A DNA stretch of 64,000 bases from Minisyncoccota bacterium. Lineage in GTDB: Bacteria > Patescibacteriota > Minisyncoccia > UBA6257 > 1-14-0-10-44-23. Shown piece after piece: positions 11,337 to 19,863 of this stretch. The stretch covers positions 34,921 through 98,920 of the forward strand of contig JAWKSL010000001.1 in assembly GCA_041389085.1 (NCBI GenBank), read 5' to 3'. Under the pieces are notes generated by a model. The model did not search any database. It saw only the letters and a program-made list of their open reading frames with translations, and had not been told where the DNA came from. The number at the start of each line of letters is the position of its first letter. The stretch's first letter is position 1. Made by a program: the position numbers and the translations under genes.

Positions 11337-12445
11337 CTAAAAAATAGAGCTGTGGATTGGGGCTATTTTAGGCGCATGTGCAAAGCGTTTGGCGCTTTGG
11401 ACTATGCCGACTAGTACTGCGTTCATAAGAATGCTCGACCCTCCGTAGCTAAAGAATGGGAAGGTAACTCCAATAACTGGCAGCATCCCCGTAGCAGACC
11501 CGACGTTGATAATAAACTGCACCAAAAACATAAATGCCACTCCAAGACAAAGCAGGCGGTAAAAGTTTGATTCGGAATTCATACCTATCTGCACAATTTT
11601 GAAAAGCATGGTGAAAAATGCGGCGAGCACTACTACTGCACCAAATAGTCCCCACTTTCTGAGAGCGCGGCAAAAATAAAGTCTGTTTCTGGCTCAGGGA
11701 GAAATCCGAGCTGCGTCTGCGTCCCCTGCCGAAATCCTTTTCCAAAAAATCCACCGCTGCCAATCGCTATCTTGGCTTGAATAGTTGAGTAGTTTACTCC
11801 GAGCGGGTCGTAGTCTGGCTGGAAAAATCCGATGATTCTTTCTTTCTGATATGGAGCGAATACAAAAAACCACGCGATAATCACGAGTAGTATGCCAACT
11901 CCGAGCCCGATTAAAATATGTTTTGGCCTAAGCCCGCTTACCAAAAGAAAGCCGATCCAGATTCCGGTGAGTACAATCATCGTTCCCATGTCTGGCTGAA
12001 GGAAGATAAAAATTGCCGGTAGTAGGTAGTAAAAGAATGATCGAGCTATATTGCTGAGCTTGGCAATACCAATGTGGTGACGGGCAAAATAGTAGGCAAG
12101 AATGATAATGAGAGCCACCTTCATAAGCTCGGCTACCTGGAACTGTACAGGGCCGATTACGAGCCAGCTGCGCGTATTCCTTATCACTGGCGCAAAAAGG
12201 CTTGTAAGGGCCAAAATAAGCAAAGAAACGAGGTATATAGCCCCAATAACGATTGGACGCGAGCTCAATGTACGCCAGTTTATATGGGCGCAGAAAATCA
12301 TGAGCGCGAGAGCAAGGATGACGGAAACTACCTGCTGAATTACAATCGGGCCTCCGATGCTAATGATCATCACAAGGCTGGCAAGCATGAGCGTCCAGGT
12401 AGCGCAGTAAAGTACTATGTCTTGTCTATTGAGAAAGGCGAGCAT
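11337..12445 (-). pseudogene. SEDS family peptidoglycan glycosyltransferase (FtsW/RodA) split into two ORFs (11633..12445 and 11337..11630) by a single-base frameshift in an A-run near 11655-11662
   Basis: Upstream ORF ends ..[16 protein letters not shown]. The alternative frame continues ..[24 protein letters not shown] (canonical SEDS C-terminus). One extra A in 'tcagaaag' restores a single 368-aa protein. Confidence 0.8.
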
Positions 12446-13230
12446 TATCTGGTTTGTATTTCAACATCCAGTATCGGCTCAAGTACGATATTTTGCAAAA
12501 CTGCCGGACTGACCGGAGTTATAAGCTCAAAGCTCTCTTCTTCAAACCCTGCAATGCTTTCAAGCTGGGTTTGAGAAACTGCGACGACTGCATCGTTGGC
12601 GTCGCGGTAGCGCGCTATTATTTCTGCACTTCGTAGGGTTTGTGCATTTTCATTTCTGAGTAGGCCGGTAAGGATGATGCGTGGCTTCAGCTCGCTTTCG
12701 TCTACAACCACTACCTCTTGGTTTCTAACTTCATACTTTGGGCGGGCGAAACTTTCGATTGGTTGCCACTGGCGCTCAGTCACCACCGCACTGATTGAAA
12801 CTATATCGCTTGCGGCAACGCTTATGTTTGGTATAAGAACTCCTTTTCTTTCTGATGGGTAGATAAAGGTTTGTTCGCTCAGGTTTAGCGCCGCTCCACT
12901 TTTGCGCTCTACGGTGACTTCAATGTTTACTTCAGTAGCACCGTAGCTGGCATTTGGGTTTTCAAGGCTTATGTAAATGCTTGAGCGCTCACTATCTTGC
13001 GCTGGAATTGCTATAGCGCCACTTGCAGTTAGCTCCTTTAGGGTGTTTATCGCGCAGTCTTGGCAGGAGCCTCCGCAGTCGATACCAGTTTCGTCTTGGT
13101 TTTTCTTTCCATCAGTACAGCTTGGAGCTGGCTTGAGCGTAGCTTGGTAAATTAAGAATCCGACACCTAAAAGGACGAGTAGGTAGAGGGCTCCGTAGAT
13201 AAGTTGCTTTATGATGCGCCTGGAACTCAT
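12445..13230 (-). CDS. Membrane-anchored hypothetical protein with a Cys-bracketed acidic motif ([22 protein letters not shown]) and beta-rich extracellular domains
   Basis: N-terminal TM helix. Overlaps the SEDS start by 1 nt (operon). No family assignment possible. Confidence 0.5.
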   Translation of the reverse strand: MSSRRIIKQLIYGALYLLVLLGVGFLIYQATLKPAPSCTDGKKNQDETGIDCGGSCQDCAINTLKELTASGAIAIPAQDSERSSIYISLENPNASYGATEVNIEVTVERKSGAALNLSEQTFIYPSERKGVLIPNISVAASDIVSISAVVTERQWQPIESFARPKYEVRNQEVVVVDESELKPRIILTGLLRNENAQTLRSAEIIARYRDANDAVVAVSQTQLESIAGFEEESFELITPVSPAVLQNIVLEPILDVEIQTR

Positions 13231-13315
13231 ATATGAATTATTTTAGCAGAAAGAAAGACAAGATTTTAGACGTTAGATTTTTGATTTTTGAAGACGCTGA
13301 ACTATACGAAACAGG

Positions 13316-13344
13316 TTTGACATAGCGCCCTTTATGTTTTATAG
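13316..13344 (+). promoter_or_regulatory. Sigma70-like promoter TTGACA-17-TATAGC for GC-rich cassette A
   Basis: Read directly. Equivalent element upstream of cassette B. Confidence 0.5.
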
Positions 13345-13348
13345 CTAT

Positions 13349-13436
13349 AGGAGTTTTTTGAAAGCTATTTGCTCGGTTTTTGGCCGCACGTTTTTGCTCT
13401 TTTTGAGAGTAGAAATGTGCGGCTAAGAGGGCCGCA
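13349..13436 (+). promoter_or_regulatory. Conserved structured leader (copy A), ggagttttttgaa...gccgcacRtttttgctcttttTgagagtagRaatgtgcggctaagagggccgc, with alternative hairpins
   Basis: About 85 % identical to 14197-14269. 9-bp stem GCCGCACAU/AUGUGCGGC. The shared GCGGC can alternatively pair with the downstream GCCGC. Confidence 0.5.
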
Positions 13437-13511
13437 AATATGGGCTACGAACACCTTGGCACGATGCTAAGTTAGTAGATGCCCGATAGACTCCGAAGAA
13501 AGGTTTCTATC

Positions 13512-14078
13512 ATGCAAGGTAAAAAGATCACAATCGATCAGGGCAAGGAAGCTCTTGATCTTCTGAGCCGGCTCAGCCCGGAGCAGTACCAGGAGAGACG
13601 CGCTTGGTTGGCGCGCATTAGCGATCCTCGCTTTAACCCCAACATGCTCAGGCTATTCTACCCCTTCAAGGCTAATCAACCGTTCCAGTGGAACTGCCGC
13701 GGAGTTGAGCGCGAAGGAGCTGTCTGCGAGGCGTCTGTCACCATCGCCGATCTTGAGCTCGTCCCCTTCCACAAGGATGGTGAGAAGTGGATCAGTGGCG
13801 AAGAGATGCGCACTCGCGCTGCCGACGAGGAGGCCTACCCGGGGTGCTCAGGCTTCGGCCAGCACCAGGCCGAGGACATTCTCGAGCGAGCCTCTGAGCT
13901 GCCCGAGGAGTTCCGTAAGTACGTGATCGTCTTCGCGGACTCCGTTCTTTTGGACGGCGTCTGTCATCGATACGTTCCGTTCCTCGCCTGGGATGGCGGC
14001 CGGTGGCAGCTGAACTGGCGCTGGATCGATAGCAGCTTCGAACGCGTCTGCCGATTCCCTCGGCTGCGGCGTGAGTAG
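13512..14078 (+). CDS. Hypothetical protein (188 aa) in high-GC cassette A, distantly related in its C-terminal half to the cassette B protein
   Basis: Long GC3-rich ORF and ATG at 13512 after an AAAGG SD-like site. The ORF-track start at 13479 is an upstream extension. No known domain recognised. Confidence 0.6.
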   Translation: MQGKKITIDQGKEALDLLSRLSPEQYQERRAWLARISDPRFNPNMLRLFYPFKANQPFQWNCRGVEREGAVCEASVTIADLELVPFHKDGEKWISGEEMRTRAADEEAYPGCSGFGQHQAEDILERASELPEEFRKYVIVFADSVLLDGVCHRYVPFLAWDGGRWQLNWRWIDSSFERVCRFPRLRRE

Positions 14079-14096
14079 GAGCCGCCCACAACAATG

Positions 14097-14139
14097 ACCC
14101 CGCGCGATGCAGTGCATCGCGCGGGGTTTGTTCTTTTTT
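14097..14139 (+). terminator. Rho-independent terminator (ccccgcgcgatgcagtgcatcgcgcgggg + tttgttctttttt) of cassette A
   Basis: GC-rich hairpin followed by a T-run. Near-identical to 14950-14989. Confidence 0.8.
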
Positions 14140-14162
14140 ACCGCTCTAGAGATCTGATTGGT

Positions 14163-14191
14163 TTGACTTAAGGTGCTTTATATTTTATAAC
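14163..14191 (+). promoter_or_regulatory. Sigma70-like promoter TTGACT-17-TATAAC for cassette B
   Basis: Read directly. Confidence 0.5.
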
Positions 14192-14196
14192 TATGG

Positions 14197-14269
14197 GAGT
14201 TTTTTGAAGATTTTTGCCGCACATTTTTGCTCTTTTTTGAGAGTAGGAATGTGCGGCTAAGAGGGCCGC
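14197..14269 (+). promoter_or_regulatory. Conserved structured leader (copy B)
   Basis: Matches 13349-13436. Confidence 0.5.
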
Positions 14270-14329
14270 GTTTGAACTGTCTGGGGCTGCATCGGTGTAG
14301 ATGTGGCTGGAGACAGTGGAGCAACAATC

Positions 14330-14926
14330 ATGTCTACAGACACCCGTTTAGATCTTGGAGCCGAACTCGACCGAAAGGTGCGAGAGAAGGGTGGCACGCG
14401 CGAAAATATCGCGCTCGTACTCAGGGAGCGGCCTGACATCATTGATGCTTGTGCCGCCCTGATTGTCGACGCAGCGCGTGAGACGAAGGTCAAGATTGAG
14501 CTCTCGATCGTCGTCGGCGAGGACGAGACTTTCGATAGTCTCGTAGCGGCCGGGCATTACGGCTCGAAGGGCGACTGGGTCACCGGAGAGCAGTTCCCTG
14601 TTCGTCCGAGCCAGCCTGGCGAGCGCCAGCTCGTGCTCTTGCACTTCGCCCGCGTCGTCTCCTCCGAGAATGCAATCGATGAGGCAGCCAAGCAGGGCTT
14701 GGAGCGTCCTACCTACGAAGACGCCTTGCGCTTCGGTGCTCAGCACCCTGAGGTGCAGTGCCAGTTCCCGGTCGTTTTCCTTCATGAACCCCTGCCGGAC
14801 GCGTACGACGGCCCGAGCGTCCTCTGCCTCGATTGTCGCGCCTCGGGGCGCGACCTGGACTACCGCTGGTTCGACGGCGGTTGGGGTTGCCTCTACCGCT
14901 TCGTCTTCGTCCGCCCTACAGCGTGA
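14330..14926 (+). CDS. Hypothetical protein (198 aa) in high-GC cassette B
   Basis: GC3-rich ORF with ATG at 14330 and GGAG 9 nt upstream. The 3' end and terminator module are shared with cassette A (gcgtgagtaggagccgNccacaacaatgacccc...). Confidence 0.6.
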   Translation: MSTDTRLDLGAELDRKVREKGGTRENIALVLRERPDIIDACAALIVDAARETKVKIELSIVVGEDETFDSLVAAGHYGSKGDWVTGEQFPVRPSQPGERQLVLLHFARVVSSENAIDEAAKQGLERPTYEDALRFGAQHPEVQCQFPVVFLHEPLPDAYDGPSVLCLDCRASGRDLDYRWFDGGWGCLYRFVFVRPTA

Positions 14927-14949
14927 GTAGGAGCCGACCACAACAATGA

Positions 14950-14989
14950 CCCCGCGCGATGCAGTGCCTCGCGCGGGGTTTGTTCTTTG
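14950..14989 (+). terminator. Rho-independent terminator of cassette B (one-base variant of the cassette A terminator)
   Basis: Hairpin plus T-run. Confidence 0.8.
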
Positions 14990-14992
14990 CTG

Positions 14993-15024
14993 CTCTAGAG
15001 TTATCTCTAGAGATAACTCTAGAG
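14993..15024. repeat. Perfect 32-bp palindrome ctctagagttatctctagagataactctagag between cassette B and the mraY stop
   Basis: Read directly. Related CTCTAGAG-containing palindromes lie at 14147-14160 and 62196-62215. Confidence 0.7.
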
Positions 15025-15030
15025 AGAGAT

Positions 15031-16083
15031 TTAGAAGAACTTGTTGAGGAAGAAGACTACGAGCCCCATACCCACGCTCATAACTGAAACTATCCAAAAG
15101 CGCATCGTTACTCGTGTTTCGTGCCAGCCGAGAGCTTCGAAATGGTGGTGAATTGGCGCTGAAAGGAAGACTTTCTTCTTCCTTATTTTTTTACTTAAAA
15201 CTTGGATGATGACTGAGCCGCTTTCGATGATGAAAATTGGGGCGAAAAGTGGAAGAAGGAGTGCTGTGTCTGTAAGCATGGCGATAACTCCGATAGTAAT
15301 TCCAAGCGGCATTGACCCTGTGTCGCCCATAAAGAAGCGGGCTGGATAAATGTTGAACCAAAGAAAGGCAAGAAGAGCGCCGATAATAACTCCGCCGAGC
15401 ACTGCGAGGTCGTAGCGACCGAGTGAGAAAGCTACAACGGTAAGGGCTACGTAGGTAAAGAGCATAACTCCTCCCGCAAGGCCGTCGAGGCCGTCTGTTT
15501 CGTTTGCTGAAAAGGCGCTGGCTACGAGCACAAAGATGAAAAGTGGAATGTACCAAACTCCGATGTTTACGTTTCCGAAAAACGGAATATTGAGTGTGTC
15601 CCAATCGAGCCTAAAGTAGAACCAGAGTGCTCCGAGGGTTGAAAAGATAGTGTAGACAAGAAGGCGGTGGCTCATCTTGAGCCCTCCCCCTTTTGGGCCG
15701 ATACCGCGAATACCAAACACGTCGTCTACATAGCCTACGAGGGCTGCGAGGAAAAGTGCTGCGAGTGGAAGGTATGTTTGCGCTCTATCGACAAAGTTTA
15801 GGTAGTCCCAGAAGCCGCCAAGCATTTTTGAAAGAAGGAAAATAGCTACTGCAAGAGAGACTACTGTCGCCCACACGATAATTCCTCCCATGGTCGGCGT
15901 GCCTACCTTGCCTTTGTGAAGGCTGTGAAATACTGGAGCGTCTTTTTTAGAACGAATTTGCTTTTTTGCGTTTTGAGTGTTGAGAAAGCTTAAAACTGGA
16001 CCGGTTATTAAAAATGCCATCACAAAAGCTAGAAGTGATAGCCCTATAACGCGAACTGCTTGTAAAACGGTAATACTAATCAT
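15031..16083 (-). CDS. mraY: Phospho-N-acetylmuramoyl-pentapeptide transferase
   Basis: Polytopic membrane protein with DDxxG/NETDGLDGLAGG and SAPIHHHFE motifs. Confidence 0.95.
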   Translation of the reverse strand: MISITVLQAVRVIGLSLLAFVMAFLITGPVLSFLNTQNAKKQIRSKKDAPVFHSLHKGKVGTPTMGGIIVWATVVSLAVAIFLLSKMLGGFWDYLNFVDRAQTYLPLAALFLAALVGYVDDVFGIRGIGPKGGGLKMSHRLLVYTIFSTLGALWFYFRLDWDTLNIPFFGNVNIGVWYIPLFIFVLVASAFSANETDGLDGLAGGVMLFTYVALTVVAFSLGRYDLAVLGGVIIGALLAFLWFNIYPARFFMGDTGSMPLGITIGVIAMLTDTALLLPLFAPIFIIESGSVIIQVLSKKIRKKKVFLSAPIHHHFEALGWHETRVTMRFWIVSVMSVGMGLVVFFLNKFF

Positions 16084-17054
16084 CTTGTACCAGAGTACTC
16101 GGTAAGGAGCGCTTCACTGTCGGCAAACCTGTCGTTGCTTCCAAGCACTATGACAATGAGTGGCTCGCTTGCGCCAATATTAAAGAGAGAAACAAGGTTT
16201 CCCTTTGCCTCATCAGTATAGCCTGTTTTACCGCCTAAAAAGTCTGGCCTCTGTGCAAACTTATTTATCGTTCCAAGCACTCTATTTGCCCCTGTTGAGT
16301 GCTCTACAAGAATTGTTTGACTCTGTGTAGCTGCGCTAAAAATTTGTGGGTGGTTTGCAAGCACATACTGCGCAAGGATGCGGATGTCTGAGAGCGTAGA
16401 CTGATTTAAATACGAAAGTCCGACTGGGTCGTCAAACTGAGTGTTGTACATACCTATTTCGTTTGCCTTCGCATTCATGAGCTCTACGAAATACTCGAAG
16501 CCAAACGGAGTTGCGATGGCCATCGCCGCATCGTTGCTGGACACTGTCATCATCGCGGCTATCAGGTCGTGGACTGAATAGATTTCTTGCGTGTTGAGTC
16601 CTCCTGAAACCCCTTCCTCATCTACTGCTGTTTGGCTAATGGTAATTGTTTCTTCAGGGCTAAAGTTTTCTAAAGCTATAACCGCGGTCATTATTTTTGT
16701 GAGCGAAGCGAGCGGCCAGCGCTTGTGGTCGTTGAGCGCTATTTCATTTCCATCTTGTGAATACAGAAGGCTTGCAAGCTGTGCAAACGGTGGCTCTTTT
16801 GGCTTTGGCTCTACTACCTCAAGCGGCCTTACCTCTTCTTGCTTCTTTGGCTCATTTTCAGCTACGAGCATTGTTTCTTCTGGTACTACCTTTGCTGCGA
16901 TGCTGGCGTTGGTAAGCGCTACAAGCTGAACTCTTTCTGCTTCTTTATTCACTTCCCTTTTAACAGAAATGCTAAAGACAAGCGAAAACGCTAAAAGAAG
17001 ACCTGAAAAGACAAAAAGATTTTTCCTAAAACTATTCATTTTCCTCGTCGGCAC
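16080..17054 (-). CDS. Serine-type D-Ala-D-Ala carboxypeptidase (peptidase S11, PBP5/DacA-like)
   Basis: SxxK (SLTKIMT), SxN (VSSNDAA) and KTG (GGKTGYT) motifs with an N-terminal signal/TM. Confidence 0.8.
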   Translation of the reverse strand: MPTRKMNSFRKNLFVFSGLLLAFSLVFSISVKREVNKEAERVQLVALTNASIAAKVVPEETMLVAENEPKKQEEVRPLEVVEPKPKEPPFAQLASLLYSQDGNEIALNDHKRWPLASLTKIMTAVIALENFSPEETITISQTAVDEEGVSGGLNTQEIYSVHDLIAAMMTVSSNDAAMAIATPFGFEYFVELMNAKANEIGMYNTQFDDPVGLSYLNQSTLSDIRILAQYVLANHPQIFSAATQSQTILVEHSTGANRVLGTINKFAQRPDFLGGKTGYTDEAKGNLVSLFNIGASEPLIVIVLGSNDRFADSEALLTEYSGTR

Positions 17055-17598
17055 CCTGCTCGTTTAAGTTTTTTGCCAGGGCAAAAAACTTCTCGTACTC
17101 TGGCAACTCTTTGAGCTCGGTGATACCGAGGTATTTTAGCAGATCGAAGCTGGGTTTATAAAGGAAGGAGTTTTTATTTGCCGGATCGGTACGGCGCTCG
17201 ATAAGCCCGCGGATGAGTAAGTTTTTTAATATAAAGCTTGAGTTTACCCCTCGGATATAGTCTATGTGTGCCCTACTGACTGGTGCGCTGTAACAAACTA
17301 TCGCGAGTGTTTCGAGGGCTGCTGGGCTCAGCGCATCGTTCATTTCTGCTTTGAGTACTGACTGCAAAAGAGTGGCGTACTCTGGCTTTGTGGTGAGCTG
17401 AAACTTGTCTTCAATGTGGGTAAGGCTGAGCGCTAAGCTGCTTTCTTGCAAGTTTGTTTTAAGAAGCTCTACTGCTGCGTCAAAATCTTCGTCGCTGAGC
17501 TCAAGAAGTTTTTTGAGCCTGTTTTTTGAAATAGGCTCTCCGTAAATAAAAAGGAGGCTTTGAATTTTCCCTGCGTTGTCTTTACTGGCTTGGCTCAT
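17032..17598 (-). CDS. scpB: Segregation and condensation protein B
   Basis: ScpB-like tandem winged-helix (LLFIYGEPIS...). Overlaps scpA. Confidence 0.85.
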   Translation of the reverse strand: MSQASKDNAGKIQSLLFIYGEPISKNRLKKLLELSDEDFDAAVELLKTNLQESSLALSLTHIEDKFQLTTKPEYATLLQSVLKAEMNDALSPAALETLAIVCYSAPVSRAHIDYIRGVNSSFILKNLLIRGLIERRTDPANKNSFLYKPSFDLLKYLGITELKELPEYEKFFALAKNLNEQGADEENE

Positions 17599-18328
17599 GC
17601 TCGTTTTTCTTTGAAATCGTTATACTTCCAAAACCTTGGTCCTGCTTCACTTCAAGAAGCTTGTTTGCAAATAGGTGAAGAATAGCTAAAAACAATACTA
17701 CCACCTCTTGCCTATCCTTTCCTTCGCTTAGTCTTGAAAAGTCTTGCGTAGCTACTCGCTCAAGTGTTTGCTTAAGCTCGGCCATTTTATCCTGCAAACT
17801 GGTGAGCTTAATCTTAATCTCTGCTTTTTGGGGAAGCAAATCTTTAAGTGAAGCAAAAAGAGTGCGCAGGCTAGTTTGTAGATGCTCTGGCTTTAAATTT
17901 TTTGGCGGGTAAAACAAATTCTCTGCAAAAAGCTGTTGAAGCATCTGCCGGCTATAGCTCTTTTCTTTTCTTTGCCAGAGCTTGTCTACGTGTGCCGCTG
18001 CGTTGTCGCTCTTCCCCTGCTTTACGCTGAAGTGTTGGTAGAGCATAAGGCGAGCTTCAAGGTCGGCTATGTCGGCTTCTTCTTCAGTGCTGAGCTCAAG
18101 AGTTGGAAGGAGCGATTTTGACTTGATAAGGAGCAGCCTGCTCGCTGTTTGCACAAAGTCGGCTAAAAGAATTGGCTGCACGTTTTCTAAGCTCTCTACG
18201 TAACTGATAAAGTCTTGAGTAACGCTGGCTAGCCCGAGCCTGTTTATATCTATTTTCTTTTCTTGAATAAGGCTAAGAAGCTTGTCTAAGGGCCCGGAAA
18301 ACTGCTCTGTCTTTACTTGATACTGCAT
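17582..18328 (-). CDS. scpA: Segregation and condensation protein A (kleisin)
   Basis: ScpA N-terminus FSGPLDKLLSLIQEKKIDI and operon with scpB. Confidence 0.85.
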   Translation of the reverse strand: MQYQVKTEQFSGPLDKLLSLIQEKKIDINRLGLASVTQDFISYVESLENVQPILLADFVQTASRLLLIKSKSLLPTLELSTEEEADIADLEARLMLYQHFSVKQGKSDNAAAHVDKLWQRKEKSYSRQMLQQLFAENLFYPPKNLKPEHLQTSLRTLFASLKDLLPQKAEIKIKLTSLQDKMAELKQTLERVATQDFSRLSEGKDRQEVVVLFLAILHLFANKLLEVKQDQGFGSITISKKNEHEPSQ

Positions 18329-18398
18329 TTCTACTCTATTGTATTATTATTTTCGCTGCTGTGTAGGGCGCCTTTTGTATAATGATTTCCTGCGTTCT

Positions 18399-18483
18399 CC
18401 CCGCGTGCTTCGCGCGCTGCAGCAAAGCCAACGAGTCTTCGCTCGGGCTTGCTGCGGGACAGGCGCCGCATCCACCTGGATGC
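18399..18483. repeat. Structured hairpin element, copy 1 of 3 (related to 34536-34636 and 37226-37325)
   Basis: Hairpin ctgcagcaaagcc/gggcttgctgcgg with loop AACGAGTC.., then GGGACAGG. Stems differ between copies by compensatory changes. Confidence 0.5.
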
Positions 18484-18490
18484 ATTTATG

Positions 18491-19777
18491 CTAACTTTCG
18501 TCTTCATGGCTTCGTAAAGCTTCTTTAGTATATCTATTACTTGCATTCCATAGCATCCAGCCAGATACGTATTTTGAGCAGGCTCTTTTTTCTGTAAGTG
18601 TTTGGCAGTCTGAATACTTTGCTGCGCTGTCTTCTATAGCTTGAATTTGCGCCCGTACTTTTGCGGCATCGTAGTCTGCTCCAAGATCGAAGTCTTGAAT
18701 CCACGGTCGCATAGTTGGCTGCACTGGGAAACTTCTTACTTGAGCTGGAACCTGCGGCGTAGCGCTCGCGGTTGCTGTTTCTGGGGTAGACGGCGTCGGA
18801 GTATACACAAGGTTTAGACGCGCAAGCGCTTCGTCTATTGAATACTTCATAACTTCGTAAGGATACTCTGCTGGGTTGTCGTAGCCGATAAAGCCGTCTG
18901 CATAGTGGCTTGGGTAAGTCATTGGCGCAATTGCGTTTATATACGGCATAGCATCTTCAAGTACTTGGCCGATGCCTATGTCTCTTCTCGCGTAGGCAAC
19001 TTCGCCAAAAAGGTCTGCGCTTATCATGGCGTTTGGTAAACTTTCGCGTACGTATTTAAAGAAGCTTTTTAAAATATCTCTCTTTGGCGTTACCTCGTCG
19101 TAAAACGGGTAGGCTATATCGTCTGTATTGCCATCGGTAGCAAAGCGAATGTAGTCAAAATTTACCTCATCGAAGCCTCTGTCTAAAATGTCTTTGGCTA
19201 TCGCTATATTGTAGTCCCAGACTTCTTTGCTGGAAGTATCCATCCAGTGCACATCTTTTCTGTCGCCCCAAATGCCGCCCTTGCTTTTACTTTGAATGGC
19301 TAAGTCTTGTCTCGCGTTTGCCAGCTTATTGTCTTGAAAAGTAGAGATGCGCGCTATAAGGTAAATGCCGTTTTTGTGGAACTTGCGAATGAGCGCGTCT
19401 ATGTCGGGAATGCGATTTTCAAACGCCTCGTACTCTACAACTGCTTCAACGTCTGGCTTGTACGAAACAACACCGGTGTAGTCTTTTATATCTATAACGA
19501 TGGCGTTGAGCTCTGTGGAATTTATCAAATCGATAAAACCATCTACTCGCTCGCTGTTTCCCGCAGAAAACGCTGTGGCGTATATTGCCTTCACTACCTC
19601 TGGCGGATTTTTCAGCTTTTGGAGGAGTGGGTCTTTTTCTTCTTTTTTCTCCTCTTGGTGCTTTGTGGCGTTTTCCGCATTGAGCGTAAACGACACTGAG
19701 TTGTCTTTTGCTACTACTATCAGCACAAAGAGGAAAATAAGGACTATCGCGATAATAATGAGGTTTCTTCGCGTCAT
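18491..19777 (-). CDS. Membrane-anchored putative glycoside hydrolase (GHL10/YddW-YngK-like TIM barrel)
   Basis: N-terminal TM, GFDEVNFDYIRF block reminiscent of the GHL10 G-DG-LDY-R-P motif. Family recalled from memory, not searched. Confidence 0.5.
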   Translation of the reverse strand: MTRRNLIIIAIVLIFLFVLIVVAKDNSVSFTLNAENATKHQEEKKEEKDPLLQKLKNPPEVVKAIYATAFSAGNSERVDGFIDLINSTELNAIVIDIKDYTGVVSYKPDVEAVVEYEAFENRIPDIDALIRKFHKNGIYLIARISTFQDNKLANARQDLAIQSKSKGGIWGDRKDVHWMDTSSKEVWDYNIAIAKDILDRGFDEVNFDYIRFATDGNTDDIAYPFYDEVTPKRDILKSFFKYVRESLPNAMISADLFGEVAYARRDIGIGQVLEDAMPYINAIAPMTYPSHYADGFIGYDNPAEYPYEVMKYSIDEALARLNLVYTPTPSTPETATASATPQVPAQVRSFPVQPTMRPWIQDFDLGADYDAAKVRAQIQAIEDSAAKYSDCQTLTEKRACSKYVSGWMLWNASNRYTKEALRSHEDES

Positions 19778-19825
19778 TAGCCTTTAGTATCTTTTAGTTT
19801 GCGTGTATGGGCAAGTGGCTGTTTG

Positions 19826-19854
19826 ATAGGATGGGCCGCTTTGGATATACTCAA
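19826..19854 (+). promoter_or_regulatory. Promoter TTGATA-17-TATACT upstream of dnaX
   Basis: Read directly, 10 nt before the ATG. Confidence 0.4.
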
Positions 19855-19863
19855 TAAAAACCT

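Noticed and set aside
14993-15024. CTCTAGAG-containing palindromes (also 14147-14160, 62196-62215) as possible recombination sites or target-site duplications
   Set aside because: At 62196-62215 the same motif is simply the stem of a bidirectional terminator. Most parsimonious is a favoured terminator stem sequence rather than a site-specific recombination signal. Left as a note in F1.
14348-15097. Long minus-strand ORFs (249 aa, 100 aa, 89 aa, 78 aa) inside the GC-rich cassettes
   Set aside because: These are antisense ORFs expected in high-GC DNA. They cross the + strand terminators and the mraY stop. The + strand ORFs carry the promoters, SD sites and GC3 bias.
18331-18546. 71-aa ORF overlapping the hydrolase gene end and the repeat element
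   Set aside because: No SD. It spans a structured repeat and overlaps a convincing gene. Likely non-coding.
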